Origin: Blasia pusilla
Taxonomy: Eukaryota
Length of the DNA stretch: 64,000 nucleotides
Assembly: GCA_050084515.1 (NCBI GenBank)
Contig: CM114271.1
Span: forward strand, 47,306,001 to 47,370,000
Reading direction: 5' to 3'
The notes beneath the pieces were generated by a model. The model made no database searches. It saw only the letters and a list, made by a program, of their open reading frames with translations, and had not been told where the DNA came from. Numbering within the stretch: position 1 is the first letter of the stretch; each line of letters opens with the position of its first letter. Of this stretch, positions 52,060-64,000 are shown in pieces. The position numbers and the translations under genes are program-made.

Positions 52060-52975
52060 CCAACATCACACAACTTCTGCTCTAGAAATTCCTTGTGCTT
52101 AAAATTTTTACCAGTTGTGCGACTTGGAAACTTTCAACTTCCCTCCAAATTTCAGTTTCAGATCCCAATCCAACACAAAGATACAGTCTCCGCAAGATTC
52201 TGAGCTCCAATCCTCAAATCTACAAGATCAAAATCTCCAACACCACACAACTTCTTTTGAATAGGTTTTTTTTATTTCCAAATTTTTGAAGTTGAGCGCC
52301 TTAGCAATCTCAAGACTCCCTCCAAATTTGAGCTTGAGATGACAATCCACCACAAAGATATAGCCTCCGCAAGATTATGAGCTCCAATCCTTAAATCTGC
52401 AAGAGTAGAATCTTCAACACCACACAAATTATTTTCTATAACTTGGTTATGCTTGCAATTTGAAAAAATTGTGCGTCTTGGAAATTTCCAACTTCCCTCC
52501 AAATTTCAGCTTCATATTGCAATCCCACACAAAGATACAGCCTCCGCAAGATTCTAAGTTCTTATCCTCAAATCTACAATATCAAAATCTTCAACACCAC
52601 ACAACTTCTTCTCTATAAGTCGGTTGTCCTTGCAATTTTGAGGAGTTGTGCGCCTTGAAAATTTCTAGCCTCCCTCACAATCCACCAAGAAGATATAGCC
52701 TCCGTAAGATACTGAGCTCGAATCCTCAAATCTGCAAGAGCATAATGTTCATCACCACACAATTTCTTCTATATAACTAGGTTGTACTTAAAATTTTGAG
52801 GAGTTGAGTGAGGCAACCTCCAACATCCCTCCAAATTTCAGCTTTAGATCAGAATTCATCACAAATATACAGCCTCGCAAGATTCTAGCTCCACTCTTCG
52901 AATCTACAATTTTGTACACTTGATGACATACAACCTCGCAAGATTATGAGCTCCAATCTTCAAATCTACAATTGT
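52060..52975. repeat. Tandem array of ~5 diverged ~177-bp units
   Basis: Marker CGCAAGAT/CGTAAGAT at about 52191, 52368, 52545, 52703, 52876, 52937 (spacings 177, 177, 158, 173, 61), with shared CCCTCCAAATTT and CACCACACAA blocks. Confidence 0.88.
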
Positions 52976-53455
52976 ATAGACTATGAACATATAAATGATG
53001 GTCAAATAGAGAGCTTCAACTTCTAGAAGAAGATAATTTATTTCCATCGGAAGAATAACATTAAGGAATTTAATTTTTTATTACATCCGATGTTTTTAAA
53101 AAATGTCTTTTCTTAGATGAATTCCCTTAAGAATATGATTTTAATTCTGAAATTAAAAAATTCAAGTTAAATTTTTTTAATATACTTCTAAGATTATCAG
53201 AAACTTACAAATATTTCTGAATTATTAAAAAAATATGATTCTCTTTGCGGTATGCTAATTAGTGTGACGAACAAGAGGATTTGAAAGTCAGAAAGGACAT
53301 CTCCGTTGTGTCATTTTCGGATGAACAGCTCTTATACATAAACAGTTTGACTCTCAGTTCTAGTGGATCACATTTGGTGCTGCAATTGTGGTGTGCAGAA
53401 TAGCGATCTGTGGGTTGCAGCGTTGGGCTAGGTTTCGAAGGCGCTGATCAGAGCG

Positions 53456-56313
53456 ATGCCTGCCCTCAAGTTCATAGGTGAGTGAGTGTGCATTTCGTGG
53501 CTGTGTCCGTTCGTAGATGTAGGTTTATGTGAAATTGCGCTGGCTGTCGGAAGCGCATGCGGGAGGGAGTTGTTTGCGATGAATTTGGTGCAACCATTTT
53601 CCGTTTCGGAAACTGGGAAGATTTCTAACTATGAAATGCGTGGTGCCAGACATTGCTGCAAATCTCACAGGTTCGGATGCTTGCACTGAGAGTTCCTTCG
53701 TCTGTTTCAAATCTTATATCGTCGTGGGGGTTTCCGAATCCAAGAGGGAGGTAACAAAAATGTCGGAATCTTGGGCTGGTTGGGTGGAAATGGTTAAAAT
53801 GCGCTCCAGTTCAGTGAGGAACCGATCCTAGCATGATTTCATGGTGACTAATGCCGTATTGGCATTTTGTGTAGGCTTGCCTCGCTCATCCACTGAAGAT
53901 TTTGCAGATGGGATGTTCAAGGGATTGTACAATGGCAAGCAGTATCATGCGGCAGACATGAGCGCAGTGCTCAAAAGAGCCTGGGATGCAGGCGTCGATC
54001 GCATAATTGTAAGCAGAGCCATTCCTAGGTTTACTGATGTGAGCGCGCAGCATCGAATTTGCTCTTCTTTTGCACTATTCAGGTCCGAGTTCACCACACG
54101 GTCGTGACAAAGTTGTGGTGCTTCTTTTTTCTAATCAGGTAACAGGCGGTTCCTTGCAAGAATCCAAAGAAGCACTGGCTTTAGCGGATACTGATGGTAC
54201 ATACAGACATTCTCTTGAAGCACACTAGTCAGTGATTGCACGAGTTTTGGCTCGGAGCAGGACAAATGTGGCTGCTCAGAGGTCCTGGAGATGTGCTTAT
54301 GGTGTGTGGCTGTTTCCTGCAGGCCGCCTGTATTGTACGGTTGGAGTACATCCGACACGGTGCAAAGTATGTTGTCTACTTTTAGTGTTTAAATCTTGTC
54401 GGTTGGGTCATGTTGCTACCTTAATTCAACTTTGAGTCTGGTTAGCTTTTTTCGACTCGGGCTGTAATTGAGATAATTTCCCCAAAGTATGGAGTTCTGC
54501 TCTTCACATTTTTCACTCGCTGCTTTACAACGTCAAGGCACTCGAATGGATTCCTGGGTACTCTCTCACCTCCTCCAATCTCAAATGCACCAGGAGTTTG
54601 AGGACAGTGGAGACCCAGAAAAGCACTATCAGGAGCTTCTTGCCCTTACTAAAGACGGTGTTGCAAAAGGAAAGGTACTTGAGCTCAGCACAACTATGTA
54701 CTGAATTGCAGGGGTTTTTGGTTTCCTTCCGTGCCCCCTTACGATCGTTGCCTCTCTCTGGATTCGAGTGACAGTCTCAAAATAATGGTCGAGCAGAGAG
54801 TAGTGCTGGCTGAGGAAAGATATGTAATCGGCTGTCCACAAACGGGCTGGAAGTGCGAGTTTTGAGGGATCGAATAGGCCTGATCTCAAGGGCAGCGTTG
54901 GCATATGATGAGAGGTTTTTAACAGTCGGCAGTGTAATACTCTTCTACCCTTCTCAAGTGTAGGTGGTGGCGGTTGGGGAATGCGGTCTTGATTACGACA
55001 GACTGCAGTTTTGTCCTGCTCAGATTCAGCAACGGTGAACCCAGAAAACATGGAACGTTCTAGTGAGCAGCTTGCATCTATGAAATACTCCTTCGCTTCG
55101 ATGGATTCCATGAGCCAACCCTGAATTATATGCTCCATCAATCCTGAGTAATTTATCGTAGAGAAGTATGAATTGGACCTATTGAAGAACTGCTTTTAAC
55201 CGCAATGAGTTGAATTTTTCTCTGGCTATCTCGAAGAACTGACTCTGCTTGACTAGAACACTTCTGGCACTGTATTGATTCTCTTGTCTGTTACTTCTAT
55301 AAATTTCCAGGTATTTTGAAAAGCAGTTTGACTTAGCTGAAGCAACGGGTCTCCCTATGTTTCTTCATATGCGTGCAGCAGCAAACGACTTTTGTGATAT
55401 TGTTCAAAAGAATAAGCACAGGTACTCTCGTGGCTCTGCAGGAGTTTTCTCTCGCAGGTTTATGTAATCCGGTTTGCGTCCACAATTTAATTGTCTTATT
55501 GTGAAATTGCCCATACCTGGAAAATCCGGTCCTGGGGATGAAGTTATACAAGCTATTCGTGAGACTCATCTATCGCATGTGTGTCGAGCAGATTTGTCTC
55601 AGGAGTGGTGCATTCCTTCACGGGAAGTGCTGAGGATGTGCAACAACTGCTTGCGTTTCAAAACCTTTACATAGGTGATTGCCTAAACCCTTGCAATTCC
55701 GTCATTGGTGGAAATTATTCATGATGCTTTGATTCATCAACCCTAATGCTGGGTCATTTGCTTGCCTACGAACAGGTGTAAATGGCTGCTCACTTAAAAC
55801 TAAGGAGAATCTGCAAGTAGTAGCTGGCATTCCATTGGAAAGAATGATGATAGAAACTGACGCGCCTTACTGTGGAATCAAGTCGGCCATGAAGGAATAA
55901 AACATGTATCCACAACATGGCCATCGAAGAGAAAAGACAAATACGACGAGGAATCAACTGTCAAGGATCGAAATGAGCCTTGCCAAGTGAGGTAGGTAGT
56001 GACACACCAGGATTTCCATCTGATGTCATCTGGAGTAGAAGATGGAGGTTCTAATTTTTGACTGGGATGCCATGCAGGCAAGTTTTTGAGGTTGTCGCCG
56101 CTACGGTTGGTGTTAAAGATGAAGTTGGATTGTCTACAAGCCTGTATGAGAATACTTGCAAGTAAGTTTATCTGGACAGGATTATCACGTTGCTTGGCTC
56201 GTCTTTGAATATGTGTAGACTGACTAACAAACAACTTGGCTGGCTTTTGCAGGGTCTTTTTCCCACATGATTTAGACACCCTAGCCAATTCAATACTGTC
56301 ATCAGCAGTTTGA
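53456..56313 (+). CDS. TATDN1: TatD-family DNase (TATDN1-like), 12 exons: 53456-53477, 53650-53670, 53908-54008, 54139-54196, 54323-54366, 54594-54674, 54964-55034, 55311-55421, 55592-55674, 55776-55991, 56078-56161, 56253-56313. Apparent 1-nt deletion near 55886
   Basis: Spliced motifs [90 protein letters not shown]. All introns are GT-AG. Confidence 0.92.
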
Positions 56314-56935
56314 GTAATCACCATTACCATTACTATACTTCCAAGATTCCGAAATTGAGGGTATCTTTACAAGAGGAGAGTACTTTGTATCACTATCTGA
56401 AGTGGCCCGATTGTGCTTCACACTTATTACGCATTATAAATGCTAAGTTTTGTCATACTATCGCAAGTTCGATTAAACTTCAGCGAGAAAAATTTCCAAG
56501 AATGCAACAGTCCTCCGGAGGAAGTTGATTATATACTACTGAACAGACACCGACCATAGTGTCCATCCAACCAATATTTATAAGCACTATCATCTATATG
56601 CATACTATCGATAAGACGTATTATTACATACCTCACGTTTCCCTTCCCAATCCTCCTACAACCTTGAACCTCACCTTCCAGCAGGCGAAATTCTACATGA
56701 ATTCGGTACGTGTGCCAAAATGTCTACGTTTATTGCCAAAACTTCGCATCGACAGGTCAGTACTACTGCGGCTGACTTCGGTAACGGTGTACTTTAGGGG
56801 TGCACCAGTCCTTCTAAGACAGGATCTCTCACATCTCTCAAGATACCTATCGATGACCACCACCATATCCATCTATGTGAGCTGCCCCATGACGAAGATG
56901 TTGCTGCGTAGGATATATACGTCATGGTCTTTGAC

Positions 56936-59900
56936 TCAAGGCCGTGTTCTCATAATAGGGCCCTCGGGTTCCCCCACCAAGCACCAAAAGCTCTCCAAAT
57001 CAAGCCCCTCGATTTCATCAGGTGACAGGCCTTCACTGTCTGAGCCCTTGTCCCCAATACGCGAGGCGAAGAAGGGGCTGATTCTCTCCCTGCCGTAGGT
57101 TCTCTTTACACAGCCTGAATCGCGTGGGCTTAACCCCCGTGTCTGCCCAGTGTTGCCCTTGGCTCTGATTTTGGGGAGGGATTTTCTCTCAGTCTTCAGG
57201 ACTAGCGAGTAGTAGCTCGACCCATCTCCGTCGGCTGCAACAAGCTTTCTTTCCGACTTCTGGATGCACTCGGAGCCCGGCATCTCCTCGTCTGGCGAAG
57301 AGGCTTGACTGCGCGAGTTGCTCCTCTCGTCCATAGTCGACTCTTCCAAGTCTTGCTCCGAAGAATCAGTTCTCGGAATGCTTCTCGCCAAAACGGAATC
57401 ATCCGAATCCTGCCCATCACAAGGAAGGACGCTTTGTCCCCCGAGACGTTTGCCTCCCCAAAACTCGGGCATCTTACTCTTGTCCTTGATCAAATCGGCG
57501 CACCTAATGTAGGTGCTCTTGGCCGGTTTCTCGGCTTCAGATGGGCTGTTCCTTTTGCCCACAGAACCCTGTCTTGATTCAGCAGCAGCCGCCGCAACGC
57601 CCCCACCCTCCATGGCGGCATGATAGAGCTCGGACACTTGCTCTTCTATGTTGGCCCTCTCAACGAAGGTCTCGTACTCCGCTTCAAAATTCGACCTTCG
57701 CCTGCTAGCGCACTCGTTGCTCCCAGGGCTCTTCCTATCCTTGATCCTCCCAGCTGAACTCTGCGTCGCGAGCTGGTGATGTCTGGCGCAATGACTATCC
57801 TCCCCAGTGTCGGACACGGGCTTGCACCCATCGGAGGCTGGGTAACCTCTGCGAGTGGTGGGCTTTCTGAGCATAATGCCTCCCTTCGAACTCACCGCCT
57901 CTTTACCTGCGCTGACTGCCCTCCGCATCGGGCTCTCCAGCACCAGCTTCGGATCCACGTACTTACTGACTCCTGGGCTTTGGGAGGTCGCTCGGACCGG
58001 AGTCCCATAGCGACTGGGTATAGAGCGGGCGTTGCTCGAAGGAGTAGGAGTTCGACCGTTTCGGGTGGAGGCGGAGGCGCTTCGCGTCGGAGTCGTCCAA
58101 GCAGTGCCGGTCACAGGGGGCCGACCTACGCTTCTGGCATTCGGAAATTGGGCCACGCAGGGGGAGGTGGAAGTGTCCAGCTGACTCTCTACGATCTGCG
58201 GAGTGATGAAGGGAGAATGCGTGGGAGGAAGAGGAGTACACGCTGGGGCGGCTTCCACTTCATGGCTTTCATGCAACCAAGCTTGGACGTCCGGCTTCTC
58301 CCTGGAGAACTGCTTCGGGAAATCGACGTCAGAGACCATCGTTCCCGCCGTGTTCACGAGTCCACTCGTACACTGGGGAAGTGGTCCGCTCCTCAGGGTT
58401 TTCACCCAGTCAATTTTTCTGTCGAAGTCCGGATAGTACCGAGATTGAACTACTGCACCCATGCTCAGACTCCGCACGTGCTCTGGCTTCTTCGAGCTGT
58501 TGTTGAGCGCTGGATCGTCCCTGGGCTCCTCCTGTCGAGAAATTCCTCTGATCAGCGCAGCCCTGGTCTTGCTAGAGCTCGCCGCAGCTCTCTCCTTGAC
58601 GTAATCCTCGGCCGAAACTTTGTATTGTGTGTTTCCACTGGCAGAAACTGGGGCCGGTGGGGACTGCGCTGCTGTCAAGCTTTTCTCCGTGTGATCTGGA
58701 CTGCAACTGGACCTGCGCCTACTCTTGCCTTTGGTCAGCAAGCGAGCTGGAGTTCCCAGGCTCCGTCTTGGCAAGTGCGCAGCACCCAGAAATGGTCCGT
58801 CACTCATGAATCTTCCCCGGGCGTGCGAATTTCGGTCCGCAGAATGCGCTCCTTTGTTGATTCCGGAAACTCCTTGCAAGAACTTGGCAGCCACCACTCT
58901 GCCTTTGCGCCTCTTGGGTTCTGTGAGCGGACGCTTCTTCTCTTCATCACTCGGAGATGGAGCGCTGCGCAGCGGGGTTTGTGGGCAGCTATGACCGATC
59001 TTTCCCCTTTCGAGACCCATTCGCCTCGATTCCTGCCGCGCATGCAGAGCCGCAAGCCTCTGGCTCAAGTACACAATTTCCTTGGCAATCTCATCCTCTA
59101 TCTCACGAGCGATGTCGGCTTCCAAATCGGCCTCCACCATAGCTTCGTGGTAGTACTTTCCTGCGCCCTGGAGTTGTGCCTTATGAGGCTTAAGTGGCAA
59201 TGGGCTTGCCATATTGACTTTGAAGGGTGCAGGCTGGGCACCTCTGCTGCCAGCCTTGTGACTCCTTGACCTCTTGCAGTCATCACGAATCGGTGGATTG
59301 GGTGCTATGACCTGTTGCATTGCCAGCTTCTGAGAATTCTTCCGTTCGGATTCCCAATCCGAAAACGCTGTGCCGTGGCCTGTAGTTCTTCGACGGTTAG
59401 AGCCTCCTTGGGCATCGTGTCTTGGAACAGCATCTCCAACGGGACGGTTGGATTGAGCAGAAGTGGGCTGCAGAGATGCCGCTTTGAAGGCTGGCATGGT
59501 GGCCAAAGTTCTCCGAGTCCTCGACAGATCCCTCAACCTCTCGACGCATTGGGAGTTGGCCATGCTATCTGGGCTAGGAACCGACATTTCTTGGTAAGCA
59601 GCACCACCGACAGGTGTGTACCAATTCCCGGACGCTGCTTCCAGTTCGAATCGAGTGCGGTGAGAACAACACCCCTCCGGAGTTTCCACCATCACAGTCG
59701 CAGGACTGCTCCCCGCCACAGCACTCACGCTGCTGATTCCTGGGCTGGATCCATTTTTCTCTGGGGAAACAAAACCAGGGATGGCAAATCTCGATGACGG
59801 CACTGGCTCCTCCTCTCCCATGGATAGGCGCCTGATCGGCTGTGGAAGGTCTCGACCTCTTTCCTCGCCTTCAGGTTTTGAGCAACTCGGTGGAGAAAAA

Positions 59901-60030
59901 CGCGTACTCGGTGCTGAATCGGTGCTGAGACTGCGCCCTCCGGAATCAGCACGGAACGCCGGGTTGCTCCAAACCACCTTCTTTTCTCCATCACTTTTCA
60001 TGAAAGGTACAGTGAGTGGAAGCCTGTTAT
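56936..60030 (-). CDS. Large, mostly disordered Ser/Pro/Arg-rich plant protein of unknown function (main exon)
   Basis: Open frame of more than 1000 codons. Short blocks VWSNPAF, EIEDEIAKEIVYLSQRLAAL (coiled-coil-like), GRVVAAKF, SLPKIR...SPRDSGCVKR recall an uncharacterised land-plant family (from memory, At4g17240-like; unverified). Acceptor TTCGCAG| at ~60030. Confidence 0.8.
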
Positions 60031-61066
60031 CTGCGAAGAGGAACAACAAATCCCTGAAATTCCACATTCTTGCAAACGCGTATCTCGTTCACGGACTCAC
60101 CAACTCGCTCACGTATTCATGATTTGACATCTGAGCAAACGAACAAACATGATGATGCATGCGCGCAGTCCACCCCCGCCAATTACAACAGGTGATCATA
60201 GGCTGGCGAAGTTATGGAATCAAGACTACGAGAGGTCAGGGGTGCACATGTGCGGATGTCTGCAGGGAAGAATGCCTCCGTTCTTCAACGGCCTCGACAT
60301 TTCCCGACCATTCAGGATGCCATGATTGTCAGTAGACAGGTGTCTGTCTGGAACTCTCATCCCTAAGTTTTTGCGGTTACCAACAGTACGAGGAGTGAAG
60401 TAGTCGTTGCGCATAGGCCTCTTAATACAAATGCAATTGCTACTCCACATGTAGAACTGCAAATCCATCCTCTGGTCTGCACTCGAGCCCGAAAATTTCC
60501 TCCACGATCGTTGCCCTCGACACAACCATGTTCACGTTCCATGCGAATTCCTCCGTCTGGCGCACGAAAAAGGGGGAACCCGATGCACCACCGCGCAGAG
60601 GACTCTCTCAATGGATTCACAAATGTGAGGGATCTAGAGTTGCATCTCCACCCTATCGAGAAACTCTCCCCTCGTGAGCACGCGAGTGAGAATCGCAGGG
60701 GCTACTCACGAGGCTACAGAGAATTCTCGCAGTCGGATGCTAGTCGAGAGAGGGGTGGAAATTTGGCACCAGTGCCGAACAGAAAGTATGTCCTGATGGA
60801 CGAGGAACTATGTCCTGATGGGCCACTTTCGCGTCTAAGAATTCGCAAGTAATCGATATCGTGTACTGGAAGACCAAAGCTAGAGTGTCGAAGAGTGCTG
60901 GAAACAGGAAGCGCCGCAGCGCATGTTCAATCCGGGAGCCCAAATGCCCGGACACAGACTCTGGGAAGGAAAACCAAGCAGCAGAAACTGTGATAATCAA
61001 ACACGAGCAATGCACACGACGAATTACAGCGCAGCAACACGTTCGGATGTGGATAATGTGAGGTAC

Positions 61067-61517
61067 CTGATGCATTGCCGACGATAGTCTGCGTAGGCGT
61101 CGGCTGAATGCTACCAGGCACAACAGATTGAGAAGGTTTGGCGGCAGAGCCATTGGACAGCAGCCGGAAATGCGGAGAGAGCGCATTGAGACTGATCGGA
61201 GAAAGCGCAGCCGTTTGACTCTCAGGGGCAGCATCCTTGCGGAGGTACGTGGGAGATGTGCGCCCAGTCCGCGGACTCAATTTGGAGGTGTGCTCGTTCT
61301 CCTCCTGCTTGAAATGAACGCGCCCATCCTTCTTCCTGCTCGAGGCTCTGCCACCGTTCTGCACCTTCTCCCCCCTGCATTGCCCGGACTCCTCAACCCA
61401 CTGCTTCGTAGCTCTGTACCCTTGGAAACTCGGTATCCTCGAGGCCGACTGCGGCCTATCCCCTGCTCTGGGCCTTCTTACGTATGTGATGTACGCCTTC
61501 GATTCTCCGGCTGCCAT
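61067..61517 (-). CDS. Candidate upstream coding exon of the 56936-60030 gene
   Basis: ATG ORF MAAGESKAYITYVRRPR... with donor CAG|GTACCT at ~61067 in phase 1, matching the phase-1 acceptor at 60030. No homology support. Confidence 0.4.
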
Positions 61518-64000
61518 CTATGCTATTCCCACACTTTCGATACCGATCTCCAATTTCTATTCTTCCGCTACTTCTCACCAACACATGCGTCCCACGACAC
61601 CTCTCCGCACCTCTCCCCGACTCGACTCGACTCGTCCCAGCGAACTGGGGAAGACATTCGCGGAGGTGCAAATTACGACGAGTGAATCAAGTGTGATCCA
61701 GTCCATGCTACATAGCTGAAGCGCTTCTACTTAGTGACCCGTGAAAGGAGAGAGGCGAGGGCAGCACATTTCATGCTAAAGGGAGATACCGGGAGTCGGC
61801 GAGAGAATTGCACGAGCTCCACAGCATTTCACCCCGCACAATCGCTCGAATCACTGAACTTCTCCAGTCACACGAACCCGATGAGCCCCTACGAACTCGC
61901 CGAGCCAAACGATGAATCTCCTAACCAGCACTCGTGAAATTCCCCGAAGCCCAACCGAGAGCGATTTCTGTTGTCGCTGCCCACCTCTGCGTGCGGCAAG
62001 ACGTGCAGAGGCACCCAGAGAGCGGCCGTGTTCGTAGACGGTAGAAGCGGTTGGCGTTATGCACACAGCAGAACACCGCCAGCTTTGATTCTCCACAACC
62101 TAACTCCCCTCCTCTCGCCTCGCTCTTCCACCACCGCACCGAATGTTTCTCTCACGCTCACAGCATTCCCCTCCCCACTCCTCCCCTCGCGTTTCGACTG
62201 CTACGTCCTCCTCTCGGGGGTTGCGCGCGACGCGATGCAATGTTCTGCGAACTCCGCACTGGATCGATTGAAAGCAGGGCATTCGTGCTCCGCTCGCTCA
62301 GAGTAACCAAAGCCCATAGCTGTCTAACGGTCGAATTTCATGACGATGGGCGCTTCAACGGACCGGAGCCAGGAAAAGGCACTCGAGAGGCCGGAATCCT
62401 GGCATGCACGTTTGAATCAAAGGCGGTCCGCTCTCGGGTCCTCGGTAGTATTCCTCGCATGGGCGACCTGACCGTTACATGTCAGGCATGGCCTTTCCAG
62501 TCCAAGGGCGGAATGCCCAGACTGGCTTCCCATGCAGGTGAGGGCCGCGCTCTGTCGCAAGCGCCGGACGGCTTCGGACCGTTCCCTGTCCCGGAAGGAG
62601 TCGTTAGGAGTCTAGTACGAGACGGGGGGTCGAGTAACCCGCTCACCGCGCACTGGTAGTTTGTCAGGATCTTGGTAATCGCTATATCCCTAGCTAACTA
62701 TAGCGCCAGATAGCTCTTCATATAGTGGTTCTCGAATGAACTAATTATCCCACATATTTTCGCAATGAAACACTAGTTACTTGTGCGAAAATGATTTTTT
62801 CATATTTTAGAAATCTTTTTCCTTTCAAAATTTAAATATATTTTATAAATTTTTAAATTTTAAAAAAAAAAAAAAAAGTCACAATAATTATTTTTCCCCT
62901 TTATTTTTTCCCCAATAATTAAATTTTTAGTTAATTTTAATTAATTAAATCATTTCTTTTTTCCATTCAAATTCATTCTTTCACCCAAATTTTTTCACAA
63001 GAAACAAAAATGTTTGAAGAGTTTTTGTTAGTGAGGGCATTAATGATGTTGCACACCCTAAACTTTCTGCCCATAACATGTGAAACATTTTTTTTTCCGA
63101 TTATCACATGTCAAAAAGGATTTTAAAAAATATGTCAATAATAGTTTTTTAATTTATATTTCAAATTTTCAAATTTTATTTAATTTTAAATTTTAAAGAT
63201 AATTTCCACTTTTTAAATCTTAAAAGAGTAAGAAAATTTCACCTTTAAATAACACCCATCTCCCCTAAATAATTTCAATCCTCCGTTAAAGCTCAAACAA
63301 TGACTATTCTTCCCCTTCCACTCTTCCCACCAAAATAACATTCACCAACCAAAATTTTAGCTAATTTTAGTTTCAAAAATCCATTTTCTTTCCCAAAATA
63401 TCATACGTGAATTAATAAGATTTTTTTAATTATTATATTATTTATTCCAAATTTTAAATATGATTTCTATTTTCTAAAATCTTAGAAGAGTAATAACATT
63501 TCACTTTTCTTCATAATTACAATCCTCCATTCAAATTTAAAACATTTTTGTCCCAAAACACTAAGTAATTTTATCTTTCCATAAAATTTAAACAAAATTA
63601 ATCCTCTATTAAATTTTTATTTCTTTTTTCCATCAAATATGAATTGAGGTAAAAAATTCTAAAATTTTGGTTATTTATCAGATTTATTTTATTTTTGTAA
63701 TATTTCTAATCACCCATTATGATATTAAATTAATTATTAATTGATTAATATTTATTCGGCTCAAATTCCTATTATCCCTTTGTTCGATTTCTAACCATCT
63801 AACGAGGCTAAGGAAACAAAATGCAAGGATGTTGCCTATTTTGTCTTATTCTCCCGCTATCTTGTTGTATTATACATATGTGGTCACCAATTATTTTATA
63901 TATATATAGTGGAAAATAAAACTATAACATATTTTCATCGTATATTTTATAATTTTAAATATATAGGTATTGTACCTTCTTCTTCCAATTTCAAAATTAA

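Noticed and set aside
52060..52975. Tandem array as CRISPR or LRR-coding repeat
   Set aside because: Whole units are homologous with no unique spacers, the context is eukaryotic, and translations contain stops and no LxxLxL pattern.
57776..59269. 497-aa plus-strand ORF
   Set aside because: Antisense shadow of the GC-rich 1043-aa minus-strand ORF; Arg/Leu-rich translation with no motifs.
61128..62659. Plus-strand ORFs 61128-61685 and 62051-62659
   Set aside because: GC-rich promoter/5' region or antisense to the candidate minus-strand exon; no motifs and non-ATG or weak starts.
62700..64000. AT-rich terminal region with loosely repeated blocks
   Set aside because: Likely decayed non-autonomous DNA-element sequence, but no termini could be defined.

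Overview
Eukaryotic (land-plant, probably bryophyte-type) nuclear DNA with spliced genes separated by dense, nested transposon debris. The organism assignment is inference. Four protein genes are supported: (1) a 7-exon P2B autoinhibited Ca2+-ATPase (3387-9070 +); (2) an 8-exon 2OG-Fe(II) dioxygenase (16099-24352 +) whose intron 5 holds a young but defective Ty1/copia element; (3) a 12-exon TatD DNase (53456-56313 +) with an apparent 1-nt frameshift; (4) a large, mostly low-complexity plant protein (56936-~60030 -, possible upstream exon at 61067-61517). Mobile DNA includes an RLE-type (CRE-like) non-LTR remnant, Helitron 3' ends and a Pif1 helicase relic, a chromodomain gypsy relic, a non-chromovirus gypsy with a PHD finger after integrase, and an APE-type LINE. 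The LINE is split at the start of its endonuclease by an 11.3-kb composite LTR block flanked by an AAGG duplication, and is preceded by ~177-bp tandem repeats. The best non-TE oddity is a G:U-containing, strand-specific pre-miRNA-like hairpin at 34661-34786. No CRISPR, rRNA or tRNA was seen. All coordinates were read by eye and may be off by a few bases.
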